This document shows positions 1-7,766 of a stretch of DNA of 37,233 nucleotides, in pieces (position 1 is the stretch's first letter; every line of letters starts with the position of its first letter). This stretch comes from a virus: the UHGV virus genome UHGV-1356101; one strand, written 5' to 3'. Below the pieces are notes generated by a model, which saw only the letters and a list, made by a program, of their open reading frames with translations, did no database searches and was not told the origin of the DNA. The position numbers were made by a program, and so were the translations under genes.

Positions 1-294
1 ATCTGCAATCAAAGCCATCTGTTTTACGCCACCAAGCGTTGTTTTATTCGCCGCTGGAAGAGTGTATTTATTTGCCTGTGCTGCAATGCCATCTAATTTC
101 GTTTTGTCCTCTTTAGACATCAAACCATCTTTAGATCCGGCAACTGCATTAACGAGTTTTCCCTCGATCTCGCTGATTTTTCCGTCCTGCTGTATATTTT
201 TTGTATCATTTGCAGATACGCCGTTCTCAATGTTGTCCATTGCTGCTTCTGTAATTACTTCTCCGTCTTCCCAGTCTTTCTTTGTATATGCCAT
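1..294 (-). CDS. Small virion protein with a tail/head-fibre-like repeat motif (GLMSKEDKTKLDGI ... LPAANKTTLGGVK); N-terminal 98 codons. ATG at 294..292; runs off the left edge.
   Basis: Manual translation of the minus strand gives MAYTKKDWEDGEVITEAAMDN...GGVKQMALIAD with no stop up to position 1. RBS GGAGGT lies upstream (rc of 297..302). Position 1 is a codon boundary. The likely continuation is 37233..37144. Confidence 0.5.
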   Translation of the reverse strand, partial: MAYTKKDWEDGEVITEAAMDNIENGVSANDTKNIQQDGKISEIEGKLVNAVAGSKDGLMSKEDKTKLDGIAAQANKYTLPAANKTTLGGVKQMALIAD

Positions 295-306
295 AACTCA
301 TACCTC

Positions 307-392
307 CTATTTTGTTTTACCTACTTTTGCCTTTCCGACTTTCCCTCTGCCAACTAAGGCTACATCGTCAGAGGGAATTATTCCCCCGGTGT
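307..392 (-). promoter_or_regulatory. Putative -1 recoding element at the 3' end of the major capsid gene. G5 run at 383..387, stop codon in a hairpin loop, and a -1 frame ORF encoding ...GGIIPSDDVALVGRGKVGKAKVGKTK*.
   Basis: About 75 nt are roughly 80% identical to 35210..35298 at the 3' end of the major tail protein gene. The -1 frame ORF is in the supplied track (307..489). Substitutions between the two copies are mostly synonymous in the -1 frame. Confidence 0.5.
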
Positions 393-1556
393 GTATGTAA
401 TGTAGAATCCAGCGTCTGCATTCGTTTTCTTCACATCGTATCTTACAACTCCGGCAAGTAATTTTCCGTAAATCTGGTTGTCTACCCATTCAACGCTTGC
501 CTGCTTGCGGTCAAAAAATGTACAGAATGATTTTGCGTCACCAACAAAGCCTTTCAGTTCTCCAGCTTCTGCGATCATATCATCGTCCAGAACAACTACC
601 TCTTTGCCAGACAGTACTTTCCCACTTGCGGAAGTGATGGAATCTTGCAGTAGATATCTTCCGTTTTTGTCTTTCAGCTTGTCCAGCTCTGCGTAAAGGG
701 AAGAGGAAATGATGAATTTTACAGGATATACTTTTTTGATTTCTTTGTTTACCAAATCTTTCAGTCCGTCAAGACCTGTAACGCTTTTCGCTGTAGCGCT
801 CTTTAATACTGTTGCGATATCAGCATTTCTTGTGTTTCTTGACTGATCGTTGATTTCATCGCAGATCAGACCTGTTACATCATAGTCAGCGTCATCAATA
901 GCCTCCTGAGAAATCGGAATATATCCTCTTCTTGTTTCGATGCTATAGTCGATATTTGAGATTTTTGGTTTGGAAAGCTCTGGGTTCTGTTCCAGTTCTG
1001 CAACAGTAGACATTTTACTTCCAGATTTCGCAATTACTGGATATTTTCCAGATGAACTGTTTACGCTTACATTATTCACGTAATTTCCCAGATCCACTAC
1101 ATCTTCCGGCTTTTTCTGAACAGCCAGCATTTCTACCGGGATCAGGATCCCTGCATCTACTTCTTTAAAGCCCCCTTCTCTCACCTGCCCTTTTGATTTT
1201 ACAAATGAGTTAATCGCACTTCTCGTTTCTTCAATTTCTTCTTCATTTCTTCTACCCATGTCTTTTTTCTTCTCCCTTCTTTCCGGTGTTTTTTCATACT
1301 CCTTCATCTGCTCACGGAGTTCTGATAATTCGGTTTCCAATTTGCTTTTTCTCTCATTATGAGCATCATTCTCCTCAGTAAACTTTGTGATAGCATCGTC
1401 TACCAAAGAGCGATCTTCTTCGGTATTTGCTTCATTGATTGATTCTTCCAGTTCCTTTTCTCTTGTCTCAAAATCTGCGTCTTTTCCACGCATTTCTTCC
1501 AGTTCCTTTTCTTTGTCTGCGATCTGTTTCGCAAGCATTAACTGTCTTAAAGCCAT
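378..1556 (-). CDS. Major capsid protein, HK97 family, with an N-terminal coiled-coil delta/scaffold-like domain.
   Basis: 392 aa. It has a charged coiled-coil N-terminus followed by the HK97 fold region, and sits immediately after the prohead protease with a start/stop overlap. Confidence 0.9.
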   Translation of the reverse strand: MALRQLMLAKQIADKEKELEEMRGKDADFETREKELEESINEANTEEDRSLVDDAITKFTEENDAHNERKSKLETELSELREQMKEYEKTPERREKKKDMGRRNEEEIEETRSAINSFVKSKGQVREGGFKEVDAGILIPVEMLAVQKKPEDVVDLGNYVNNVSVNSSSGKYPVIAKSGSKMSTVAELEQNPELSKPKISNIDYSIETRRGYIPISQEAIDDADYDVTGLICDEINDQSRNTRNADIATVLKSATAKSVTGLDGLKDLVNKEIKKVYPVKFIISSSLYAELDKLKDKNGRYLLQDSITSASGKVLSGKEVVVLDDDMIAEAGELKGFVGDAKSFCTFFDRKQASVEWVDNQIYGKLLAGVVRYDVKKTNADAGFYITYTPGE

Positions 1557-2137
1557 TATTTTTCTCCTTTCAATCTCTTCGTGGCATTACTTCGCCACTG
1601 CACCAACTGTTTCTCCCGATACTGTTCCACCTGTGCATGTCTCGCCTGTACGCCCGTATCTTCATAAGCCGGGAATGTGCATACAGACACTTCGTGCAGA
1701 TCAACTTCTCGTATTGTCCATTTCACAGTGCCGTCATCTCTCCAATCGGTTTCTTCCCGAACTATATTGAATCCAAACGAGCACTGATCCACATCTCCAC
1801 GTCTCACCCTCTCATACAGGTTCATTGCGTCTGAATCATTTTCATTGATATCAATTTCGCCCCATAGACCTCTTGTATCGGTTCTCAGGCGTAAAGTTCC
1901 AACTTTTGTCCGTCCAAGTACAAGTGTGTCATCATGGTTTGTCAGAGCGCGGATGTCGTTGCTCATGGTATTTACAAACGCTTCTGGTGCGATTTCTTCG
2001 TAAGCTCCCGGCCACAACTCTGTTTCGGAATTAAAAACAGCAAAATAACCGGAAATTGTTTTTTTTCCGTCTTCCGCTTCTCTTGTTTCAAACTCCGCTT
2101 TCCACGATCTGGTTAAGTTTTCTTTTTTTCGCTCCAC
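1556..2137 (-). CDS. Prohead protease, HK97 family (S78/U35-like).
   Basis: 193 aa between the portal and capsid genes. Sequence is typical of phage prohead serine proteases. Confidence 0.85.
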   Translation of the reverse strand: MERKKENLTRSWKAEFETREAEDGKKTISGYFAVFNSETELWPGAYEEIAPEAFVNTMSNDIRALTNHDDTLVLGRTKVGTLRLRTDTRGLWGEIDINENDSDAMNLYERVRRGDVDQCSFGFNIVREETDWRDDGTVKWTIREVDLHEVSVCTFPAYEDTGVQARHAQVEQYREKQLVQWRSNATKRLKGEK

Positions 2138-3321
2138 TATTCATCACCTCCCCCGTTTAATTTCTTCTGCTCCCCGATCATGCCTTGCGGTATAAAGTTT
2201 TCGAGGATAATCAGATCATTCAATCCGTCCTTCGGAGAATCACCAATCAGATTCAGTACATCATTCCCTGTGTAGATCCCTCGGATATATAGGTTCATGC
2301 CGATTTCTGCAAGCTCTTTGGTGTCATAAGCCATCAAACTCTTTGAGTTGCATTTAAAGTACCAATGCGGGCTCTGAATCAAACCTTTCGTAAGTGTCTG
2401 TTGGAATACGTCCGCAATCGACTTCACTCGCGTACGGACAAAGTTGTTGTATTCATCCTTGTTAAAACTTCCGACCCCAAGAAAAAAAGGCGGCACATCC
2501 AACAGGGATGCTACCGTCCTCTTATCAATCTCGACCGATTCATTGATTGCGATATCCTTAAGGGATAGTGGTTTTACCTCTGATACTTCTAAAAACTCTG
2601 CTGGTATGATCCACGGCTCACCCGGTTTCGATTCTTTCAAATATTTTTCTTTAATTTGCTTTCTTCCGGCTTCATTTGCGAAATCTTCCGACATTGCATC
2701 TACCTTAACAATGACGTTTGGCATGTATTGACCGCTCATAAAAGATTTCTTAGTCGCATTCGCTTGTTTCAAGTTCGATGCAATATCTTTCAGAGCCAAC
2801 CTGTACCCGGTTCCCTTCCACGGATATTCCGGGTTCGGGTTGATTGCAAAGTGCAGCACTTCGCTTGGATCATATTCTTTGCTGCCGTAAATGATCTTAT
2901 ATCCCGTCAGCGTCTCTTCAAAACTTGTCATGGACGGCTTTAATGGAATTAATTCATCAATATAACCATCCCTCATCACCGGGAGCACAACTGCGTTCCC
3001 GTCACCCGGTAATAGCATCGAGTAAACAATGTTGTAAACCCACGCTTTTCTTGTCATCAGCGAATACGGATTAATGTCAATCTTTCGTGATAGCTCATTC
3101 TTAATCCGGATGTCTCCATGCGGACCATTCTCCATTAAATGGATTGTCATGCCAGAAACCAAATCGGCAATTTTCTGACACGCTGCCCGAATTTCAGGGT
3201 TCTGCGCCAGCGTTGTGTATCCTGACGGAAATAAAAAATCAGAGAACGTAGCTCCCTGATACACAAATACTTTATTCTGTGGTTCTGATCTAATACTCTT
3301 CTGCTTCTTTTTCTTTGCCAT
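2137..3321 (-). CDS. Portal protein, HK97 family.
   Basis: 394 aa, located after TerL and before the protease. Confidence 0.9.
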   Translation of the reverse strand: MAKKKKQKSIRSEPQNKVFVYQGATFSDFLFPSGYTTLAQNPEIRAACQKIADLVSGMTIHLMENGPHGDIRIKNELSRKIDINPYSLMTRKAWVYNIVYSMLLPGDGNAVVLPVMRDGYIDELIPLKPSMTSFEETLTGYKIIYGSKEYDPSEVLHFAINPNPEYPWKGTGYRLALKDIASNLKQANATKKSFMSGQYMPNVIVKVDAMSEDFANEAGRKQIKEKYLKESKPGEPWIIPAEFLEVSEVKPLSLKDIAINESVEIDKRTVASLLDVPPFFLGVGSFNKDEYNNFVRTRVKSIADVFQQTLTKGLIQSPHWYFKCNSKSLMAYDTKELAEIGMNLYIRGIYTGNDVLNLIGDSPKDGLNDLIILENFIPQGMIGEQKKLNGGGDE

Positions 3322-3330
3322 TTTAGCCTC

Positions 3331-3549
3331 CTATCCTTCGTCTTCTGCAAAAATCAGTCTCCCGTTTTCAGCTCTTCCAAGGCAAGTACATTTTCTGTCA
3401 ATAAAATCATCCTTATTTTTAGCGTGAGATATATCAGTCGTATGTTTGCAATTTCCACTACATTTCTCGCATCTTTTCCCATCACATAAATAAAGGATTT
3501 CGCATTCTGCTTTCACGCCCATTCTTTCTCCTACTCTCTCTTTAACCAT
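3331..3549 (-). CDS. Small Cys-rich hypothetical protein (CxxC x2, zinc-binding-like).
   Basis: 72 aa ORF between TerL and portal. It overlaps the TerL start by 19 nt. Confidence 0.3.
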   Translation of the reverse strand: MVKERVGERMGVKAECEILYLCDGKRCEKCSGNCKHTTDISHAKNKDDFIDRKCTCLGRAENGRLIFAEDEG

Positions 3550-5315
3550 TTATTTGCTGCATTTCCAAGTGCCATGTCAGTCAACATCTGGCAACACGAA
3601 AATACCCCTGCATCAAACAAGTCAATTCGTCTTACGCCGCCGTCTCCGTCTACCTTTTCGTACTGGATCATGTCATCCACTTTTTCAATCGCCCGTACAT
3701 TCTGTACGCAGTACTCAAAAGCATCCGAATGCAGGTAATAGAATTTCTTATTCTTTACTTTTACCTCAATATGTCGGAATCCCTCGGATTTTACATAGAA
3801 GTACTGTGGCTGATCTTGAATTTTAAATCCTGCTTTTTTCATTTTCAGGAAAAATTCACGTCCAAACTTCTTGTCGAATCCAACAATTTTGATTTTGAAT
3901 CCCATCTTTTTCATGGAGATAAACCAGTTCACAATGTCATCGGGAAGCACCGTAGCTGTATTACTCATCGTCAGCCATCCATCCTCTTCCCAACCAAACA
4001 GTGGGATACCATCTTCATCCGCTTTTTTAATTGCTGCTGCCCTTGGGAAGAAAGCGTGTGTAATACAGATATCCACGTCTTTATATGTTCCATAAATTGC
4101 ACCTGCAGTTAAATCGTGAAGTTTTGACAAATCAGCGCCGCCGTACCATGTGATTGGGAGCTTCGCCAGCTCTTCCAATGTCCAGCTATATTCATCATCG
4201 GATGATCTAAACTCGTTAATGTCAAAGTATGCATTCAGAGCATTTGTAAAGATATTCAGAGTTTTATTCAGGTACTCCGCCCTTAACTGCGGTTCATTCA
4301 TTGCCTGTGCTGCATCATCCAGCAACTCATCTACTGTAACAGTAACTCCAATTGACGGCGTACACATCTGTAGCACTTCCGGATCATCCAAAGTTGTAAT
4401 CTCGCCTTTGCTGTTTAAAACATTTCCTTCTTTATCCTGGTCTGCTTTGCAAATAAAAATAAAATAGGAATCATACGCTTTGTCTGTGATTGTTCCATTC
4501 AAAACGTCATGAAGAGTCTTAATCCTATTCGCAAGGAATCCGTCCGGAATGTCTCCAGCAGTAGATATACCAATCAACAATTTGTTTCGATATGCTTTCA
4601 TGGCGTTTTTCATCAATATATATTTTTTAGCCCCAGCTCTTTTCCAAGAATGCAGCTCGTCCAGAATCAGACAGTTACAGTTTAAAGAGTCTAATTTATC
4701 TTCCTGGTTGGCGATCGCATACATTTCAGCGGTACCGTCTCCGAAATCAATAGTGATGGAATGTTCTTGATTATTGTCTCGGATTCTAAGTTTATTAACA
4801 TCTCCGCGCAAGGTTTCAACGTTGTCCACTAAAAATCCAAAACTTTCCATGGTCTGCTTTACAGAGTTCGCAACGATGTATGTCTTCGCACCAGATCCTC
4901 TGTCCAGAATGCTTTTCGCCTCAGCAAGCGCAGCACTAAAGGATGTTTTCCCCTGTTTTCTTGGTAAAAAAATAAGCGCTTCGTTAAAACGCCTAATGTC
5001 TGTGCCTTTCCGGAAGAATCCAAACAAATTTACACATACAAACTTCTGCCAGTCCGTCAATAACATTGGAGTGCCTTTAAAACTGACTCCATTCTTATCC
5101 TCGCCCTGTACGTGGTGTACGGTTCCCTCAATCAAATCAATCACAAAATCGAATTGGTCACTACGGAAATCTAAATCATCACGTTCTAAGTCTGTCAGAA
5201 ACCTCTTACACGCAAGTACTCTGTCTATGTTTACTAATACTTTTTTACTTACGATATCCTCCGCATAGCGAACAGCCGTATCGAAATGCGGACTGTTAAT
5301 ACGGGATAAGTCCAT
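3531..5315 (-). CDS. terL: Terminase large subunit.
   Basis: 594 aa with a Walker A-like LPRKQGKTS motif and a nuclease C-terminal domain. It follows TerS. Confidence 0.9.
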   Translation of the reverse strand: MDLSRINSPHFDTAVRYAEDIVSKKVLVNIDRVLACKRFLTDLERDDLDFRSDQFDFVIDLIEGTVHHVQGEDKNGVSFKGTPMLLTDWQKFVCVNLFGFFRKGTDIRRFNEALIFLPRKQGKTSFSAALAEAKSILDRGSGAKTYIVANSVKQTMESFGFLVDNVETLRGDVNKLRIRDNNQEHSITIDFGDGTAEMYAIANQEDKLDSLNCNCLILDELHSWKRAGAKKYILMKNAMKAYRNKLLIGISTAGDIPDGFLANRIKTLHDVLNGTITDKAYDSYFIFICKADQDKEGNVLNSKGEITTLDDPEVLQMCTPSIGVTVTVDELLDDAAQAMNEPQLRAEYLNKTLNIFTNALNAYFDINEFRSSDDEYSWTLEELAKLPITWYGGADLSKLHDLTAGAIYGTYKDVDICITHAFFPRAAAIKKADEDGIPLFGWEEDGWLTMSNTATVLPDDIVNWFISMKKMGFKIKIVGFDKKFGREFFLKMKKAGFKIQDQPQYFYVKSEGFRHIEVKVKNKKFYYLHSDAFEYCVQNVRAIEKVDDMIQYEKVDGDGGVRRIDLFDAGVFSCCQMLTDMALGNAANKWLKRE

Positions 5316-5678
5316 TTACTTCCCCTGCTGTTTTTCCAGTAATAATGCAAATGCAGATTTCTCTTTTTTCGGCTGTTCAATCTCCGCATTGTACGTTTTC
5401 GCATTCAACATCAGTCTGTCAGAATACGTTCCGATGTCTTTCCGTAGATTTTCGAGACTCACGAGAATAGGGCTTTTTTTACCCCCGCTTTTCTCCGTGT
5501 CCAAAATCACTTCGTATCCAGACTCTTCAAATTGTTTGCTCAGCACATTGTACTGGTAAATCATATCTGCATAGATCTCAATCACCTGTTTATACTGCAC
5601 TTTGTAGGTTCCGAGCTCTTTCATGTATTTGACTGTTCTGTCGATGATTGTTTGCCTTTGCGGTATGTATCTTGCCAT
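5316..5678 (-). CDS. terS: Terminase small subunit (P27-like).
   Basis: 120 aa, immediately upstream of and abutting TerL. Sequence resembles the P27-family TerS. Confidence 0.65.
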   Translation of the reverse strand: MARYIPQRQTIIDRTVKYMKELGTYKVQYKQVIEIYADMIYQYNVLSKQFEESGYEVILDTEKSGGKKSPILVSLENLRKDIGTYSDRLMLNAKTYNAEIEQPKKEKSAFALLLEKQQGK

Positions 5679-5769
5679 CTATTCTCACCTCCTTATCTGC
5701 CGGAAAATTTATTTTCAGAATCCCGCGCCATTGGAAAGAGTCCTCTCTCCCGATTCTCCTGAGACATTT

Positions 5770-6057
5770 TTAATTCTCAAAAGGGAGGGGGGATACCTTG
5801 ATCTCGCTCAACTTCAAGCTTATTCCTTCTTTTTCTTTCATCAATTCCGATGTATAAATCGCAGATTCTTTTCTTTTCGTAACGATTTTTATAAAAATCT
5901 CTCCAAGTGGGGTTGATGTCACACTCCATTTATCATTAGCACCAACACCGATATCGACACACTTCTTTACTGCATCCCCCAATATCTCAGTTACTTCCGA
6001 GACGCTTCTATCTACTCGTCCACTCCACTCAAGTTCGTACATCTTGATTTCTTCCAT
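5770..6057 (-). CDS. Hypothetical protein.
   Basis: 95 aa ORF between HNH and TerS. Confidence 0.35.
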   Translation of the reverse strand: MEEIKMYELEWSGRVDRSVSEVTEILGDAVKKCVDIGVGANDKWSVTSTPLGEIFIKIVTKRKESAIYTSELMKEKEGISLKLSEIKVSPLPFEN

Positions 6058-6341
6058 GCTTCAAACTCCCTTCTTCTTTTCCTCTGCCAGTACAATCCAG
6101 CAGCTGTGACCTTACCTGTCTTCCTGTCGTGCATCCGATCATGTTGCGCAGTGGACATGCCGATAAGATTCCAGTCCACAAGTGCAAGCTCTGGATACTC
6201 TTCCAGAGGATAGATATGGTGTACTGTCGTAGCTTCCGCATACTTGCCGTATCTCTTAGACTCTTGACATTGATAGTTATCACGCCTTAATATGTTTTCT
6301 CTTTTCTTTTTCCACTTTCGGCTTTCGTAAAACTTTCCCAT
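6012..6341 (-). CDS. HNH endonuclease, packaging-associated.
   Basis: Carries the CQESKRYG...HHIYP...N...H HNH motif. It sits directly upstream of terS/terL, as in cos-type HK97-like phages. Confidence 0.85.
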   Translation of the reverse strand: MGKFYESRKWKKKRENILRRDNYQCQESKRYGKYAEATTVHHIYPLEEYPELALVDWNLIGMSTAQHDRMHDRKTGKVTAAGLYWQRKRRREFEAWKKSRCTNLSGVDE

Positions 6342-6348
6342 GCTTCCT

Positions 6349-6489
6349 CCCTTTGATCAGTTTTCCACAGTCTTTGCATCTCCATGTGTGCTCTGTGATA
6401 AAGCTGCCATCATTCTGCCTTGCAAGATCTGTACTGACATATTCTGTCTTACTATGCTTGCACAATATTTTTTTTTAATAACTCCCATG
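6349..6489 (-). CDS. Possible small ORF (46 aa) with a strong RBS. It is an alternative to the TTG-initiated track ORF 6280..6465.
   Basis: ATG at 6489..6487 is preceded by AAGGAG at 7-nt spacing. The protein is low-complexity. Confidence 0.2.
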
Positions 6490-6646
6490 CTTTTACTCCT
6501 TTGTAACATAATAAAAGCACCCATCTCTGGATGCTAAGAATTTAGGACTACTGCTGAAAGAATTAATAACGCCAACAAAAACCAAAATAACCAAATACAC
6601 AATCAAAATTTATAAGAAAAAGGAGGAACCTTGCAGTAGTCCACAA

Positions 6647-6719
6647 CGGGTATAGTAGGACTCGAACCTACGACAAATCGGTTAACAGCCGATCGCTCTA
6701 CCAACTGAGCTATACACCC
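6647..6719 (-). tRNA. tRNA-Asn (anticodon GTT), 73 nt, no encoded CCA.
   Basis: Manual cloverleaf: acceptor GGGTGTA/TATACCC, D arm GCTC-AGTTGGTA-GAGC, anticodon stem ATCGG/CCGAT with loop CTGTTAA, T arm GTAGG-TTCGAGT-CCTAC. Confidence 0.85.
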
Positions 6720-6918
6720 GTAGGATGCCTTTTACTGACATCCTTTACCCTATCCGCACTCGGGTACGCTGATTACACTAAATATAGATTGCTGAATCTA
6801 TTTTTGTTTGTTTTGCAGATCTGCGGATACCTGCGTTTTGGTACCATTTGCAATGTAAGTCCGGTGTGCACTCCCAGAACAGACCTCAGCTGTGCAGCCT
6901 GCATACTCACATCACAAA

Positions 6919-6989
6919 GCGGAGCACTTGGAATCGAACCAAGGACACAGGGCGCGACCCTGCGCATCTACCATTGATGCTATACTCCG
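6919..6989 (-). tRNA. Noncanonical tRNA-like gene (71 nt). Acceptor, D and T arms are canonical but the anticodon arm is aberrant. Anticodon is CGC if read as a 7-nt loop (GTCGCGC), but then position 26 is missing and the variable loop is only 3 nt; otherwise the loop is 5 nt (TCGCG).
   Basis: Acceptor CGGAGTA/TGCTCCG with discriminator C, D arm GCAT-CAATGGTAG-ATGC, T arm CTTGG-TTCGATT-CCAAG. No G3:U70 pair. Confidence 0.4.
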
Positions 6990-6995
6990 CATGAA

Positions 6996-7034
6996 AACAC
7001 CGCCAGACGAGAAAGGGTAAAGTCCGGCGGTGTT
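6996..7034 (-). terminator. Rho-independent-like hairpin (13-bp GC-rich stem, one mismatch) followed by TTTT, immediately upstream of the tRNA-like gene on the minus strand.
   Basis: Minus strand reads AACACCGCCGGAC-loop-GTCTGGCGGTGTT followed by TTCAT. Confidence 0.4.
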
Positions 7035-7104
7035 CCGAATGTTGTTTGGAAAGCTTTTGGAGTCTTTCTTCTAACTCCATGTTATACTATATATTATTTA
7101 AAGC

Positions 7105-7128
7105 GGACAATGTGGACAAAACGGACAA
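7105..7128. repeat. Three GGACAA direct repeats at 9-bp spacing, just 3' of the late activator gene.
   Basis: GGACAATGT GGACAAAAC GGACAAAC at 7105..7130. Confidence 0.5.
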
Positions 7129-7132
7129 ACTT

Positions 7133-7549
7133 CTATTTTTCTTTCATCCACCTCTGAAATTCTTTCCTTGCGCTTTCTCCTGTGCAATTCCCTTTCATCT
7201 TCGCAGCCACTTCATCCCATGTCAGTCCTTGCATCACCTTGAACCGGATAATCCGCTGCATCCTTACCGGAGCTTTATTGATTACTCGCTCCGCTTTTAC
7301 TTTGATCTGCTTTGCATTTCTTTTTCGTTCTTCCAGCAACCGTTCCTCTTCGTCTATGTTCACCGTGTTCTCTACACATCCATAGATATTAAAACTCTGC
7401 GGTTGGTACGGGAACTCTGGATTGCTGCCTGTCACCTTGTCCTGCACAAACGTCTTTCTTCTGTGCCGTCTGATATCTTCCTCTGTCTCTTTCACAAGTG
7501 CTTTCGCATCCATGTACTCATAGATTATATTCTTATCCACCTCAATCAC
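7133..7549 (-). CDS. Putative late-gene transcriptional activator (ArpU/RinA-like, sigma-70 region-4-type C-terminal HTH).
   Basis: 138 aa. The C-terminal ...RMQRIIRFKVMQGLTWDEVAAKM...ARKEFQRW resembles sigma region 4. It is the last early gene before the tRNAs and the packaging operon. Confidence 0.5.
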   Translation of the reverse strand: MIEVDKNIIYEYMDAKALVKETEEDIRRHRRKTFVQDKVTGSNPEFPYQPQSFNIYGCVENTVNIDEEERLLEERKRNAKQIKVKAERVINKAPVRMQRIIRFKVMQGLTWDEVAAKMKGNCTGESARKEFQRWMKEK

Positions 7550-7766
7550 CTCCCGGAATTGGCTTTTTGATGTTGTACTTGCTTGCTATGTATCCTATGG
7601 TGTCCGTATTTGTTCTGTCAGCCCTTTTAAAATCACAGGCAAAGGCTTTATGCCCCTGTTGCTTTAAAGCTGTCTCGCAGGGCTTTTTCGTTGCCATATC
7701 ATGTGCATCTATCTTTCGGATGACTCCTGCCGTCTCCTTTCTGCGCTTCATAGTCTCTCTTGTCAT
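7542..7766 (-). CDS. Hypothetical protein.
   Basis: 74 aa ORF in the minus-strand gene train. Confidence 0.3.
   Translation of the reverse strand: MTRETMKRRKETAGVIRKIDAHDMATKKPCETALKQQGHKAFACDFKRADRTNTDTIGYIASKYNIKKPIPGGD

Noticed and set aside
62-400. 112-aa plus-strand ORF at the left edge.
   Set aside because: It is antisense to the minus-strand fibre-like ORF (294..1) and the capsid 3' end, has no RBS, and is low-complexity. It is an artefact of the conserved element.
6280-6465. 61-aa track ORF upstream of HNH.
   Set aside because: It starts with TTG, has no RBS, and overlaps the HNH start by 62 nt. An ATG-initiated 46-aa ORF with a strong RBS (6349..6489) in another frame is slightly more plausible. 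Neither is convincing.
6647-6989. tRNAs as a prophage attachment site or prophage boundary.
   Set aside because: Both tRNA-type genes are full length and lie inside the phage between early and late genes. The integrase and repeat-bearing attP candidate are at 21560..22996.
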